DNA from: a virus
Taxonomy: Duplodnaviria; Caudoviricetes
Length of the DNA: 33,445 bases
IMG/VR virus record: IMGVR_UViG_3300037751_000502
Coordinates: 1-33,445 of that record
Direction: 5' to 3' (one strand)
The notes below the pieces were generated by a model, which saw nothing but the letters and a program-made list of their open reading frames with translations, was not told the origin of the DNA and ran no database searches. Of the stretch, positions 32,849 through 33,445 are shown one piece after another. The position numbers and the translations under genes are program-made. Positions within the stretch are counted from its first letter, which is position 1. Every line of letters starts with the position of its first letter.

Positions 32849-33413
32849 GCTGTTCTTCCCCTTCCAGTTGTTTCCGCCGATCATGGGAGCCCGGCCGAGG
32901 CACTCGCCTGCGCTCCCTCGAAATTCGCTTCTCTTCAATGAACTCTGGCACTTCTCTCTTCGTGTAGGCTGCTCCCCTTCGTTTCCTTCCATAAAACCAC
33001 TGCCACCGGGTGACATAGGGCACCAACAAAAACGCAAGATGACTCTGCTCCGCTCCTTCGCTCGGAATGAAAGGAGGGATCGTGCACCCTTGTGCCGGCA
33101 CTCTCTGCCGAAGCAACGGCGCCACCTCCGACACACTGGCCCATTGCACCGCTGCCGCATGAAGCCGACCAAACCTGTGCAAGTGTTCGTTCATCACCTC
33201 TTGGGTGTAGCCAATCGCCCAGTCCAGATTGCTCCTGCACCCCCGAGCCCACTGCACCAACTCCATCGTGGTTGCGAGGTTGTCGCAAGCCACCGTGATT
33301 CTCATCTGCCGCGCCAAGGCCGATAGCACCCCCACAGCGTCTGCCGAACGGATATCGTCATCCGCCAACAAACGTGCCGCCCTGTGAGGGTCTGTATCCA
33401 GAAAGTAGAGCAT
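32823..33413 (-). CDS. Pyrimidine-dimer DNA glycosylase / endonuclease V-like family protein, divergent
   Basis: MLYFLDTDPHRAAR...WARGCRSNLDW...EHLHRFGRLH...YTKREVPEF follows the MNIF.LD.DP..AA...W.R.S..NY.W...EY..R.GK.H...W..R..P.W pattern. Confidence 0.65.
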   Translation of the reverse strand: MLYFLDTDPHRAARLLADDDIRSADAVGVLSALARQMRITVACDNLATTMELVQWARGCRSNLDWAIGYTQEVMNEHLHRFGRLHAAAVQWASVSEVAPLLRQRVPAQGCTIPPFIPSEGAEQSHLAFLLVPYVTRWQWFYGRKRRGAAYTKREVPEFIEEKRISRERRRVPRPGSHDRRKQLEGEEQHGAEQQQT

Positions 33414-33445
33414 GCCACCCCCTTTTTCGCTGTACATCGCTATTA

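Larger units (their letters stand above)
1..33445 (-). mobile_element. Siphovirus-like phage or prophage genome segment (accessory/early block plus head, neck and tail modules)
   Basis: Co-oriented portal, protease, capsid, neck, tail tube, chaperone, tape measure and tail-tip genes, plus many short tightly coupled ORFs. No host housekeeping genes. Confidence 0.97.

Overview
This 33.4-kb window is part of a tailed dsDNA phage or prophage genome with a siphovirus-type long tail. GC is about 60% by eye and the host is probably proteobacterial. All credible genes lie on the minus strand. Positions ~33,400 to ~19,300 form a dense block of about 35 small accessory or early genes, including a dNMP kinase, a DHH/DHHA1 phosphoesterase, a DfrB/R67-like SH3 domain fusion, a stand-alone LigA domain Ia protein, an NrdR-type zinc ribbon, a winged-helix protein, M15 peptidase-like and pyrimidine-dimer-glycosylase-like proteins, and one gene with two in-frame TAG codons. 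A strong terminator at 19,222-19,246 closes that block. The virion operon follows: degenerate SNase, PBSX-type portal, XkdF-type protease, protease-tail/scaffold, major capsid, HNH endonuclease, probable decoration protein, neck proteins, major tail protein, -1 frameshifted tail chaperone, 1919-aa tape measure and D3112/YuA-type tail-tip proteins. No terminase, integrase, tRNA or CRISPR array was seen. Two genome-wide signals stand out. (1) A perfect 14-bp palindrome, TGAAATCGATTTCA, occurs 8 times, always 10-23 nt upstream of a start codon, with near-copies inside genes giving 1.5-4 kb spacing. (2) A terminal peptide tag, [RK][IV]RR[TV]R, is shared by many unrelated proteins and is encoded by different codons. 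Family assignments come from motif recognition by eye, with no database search.
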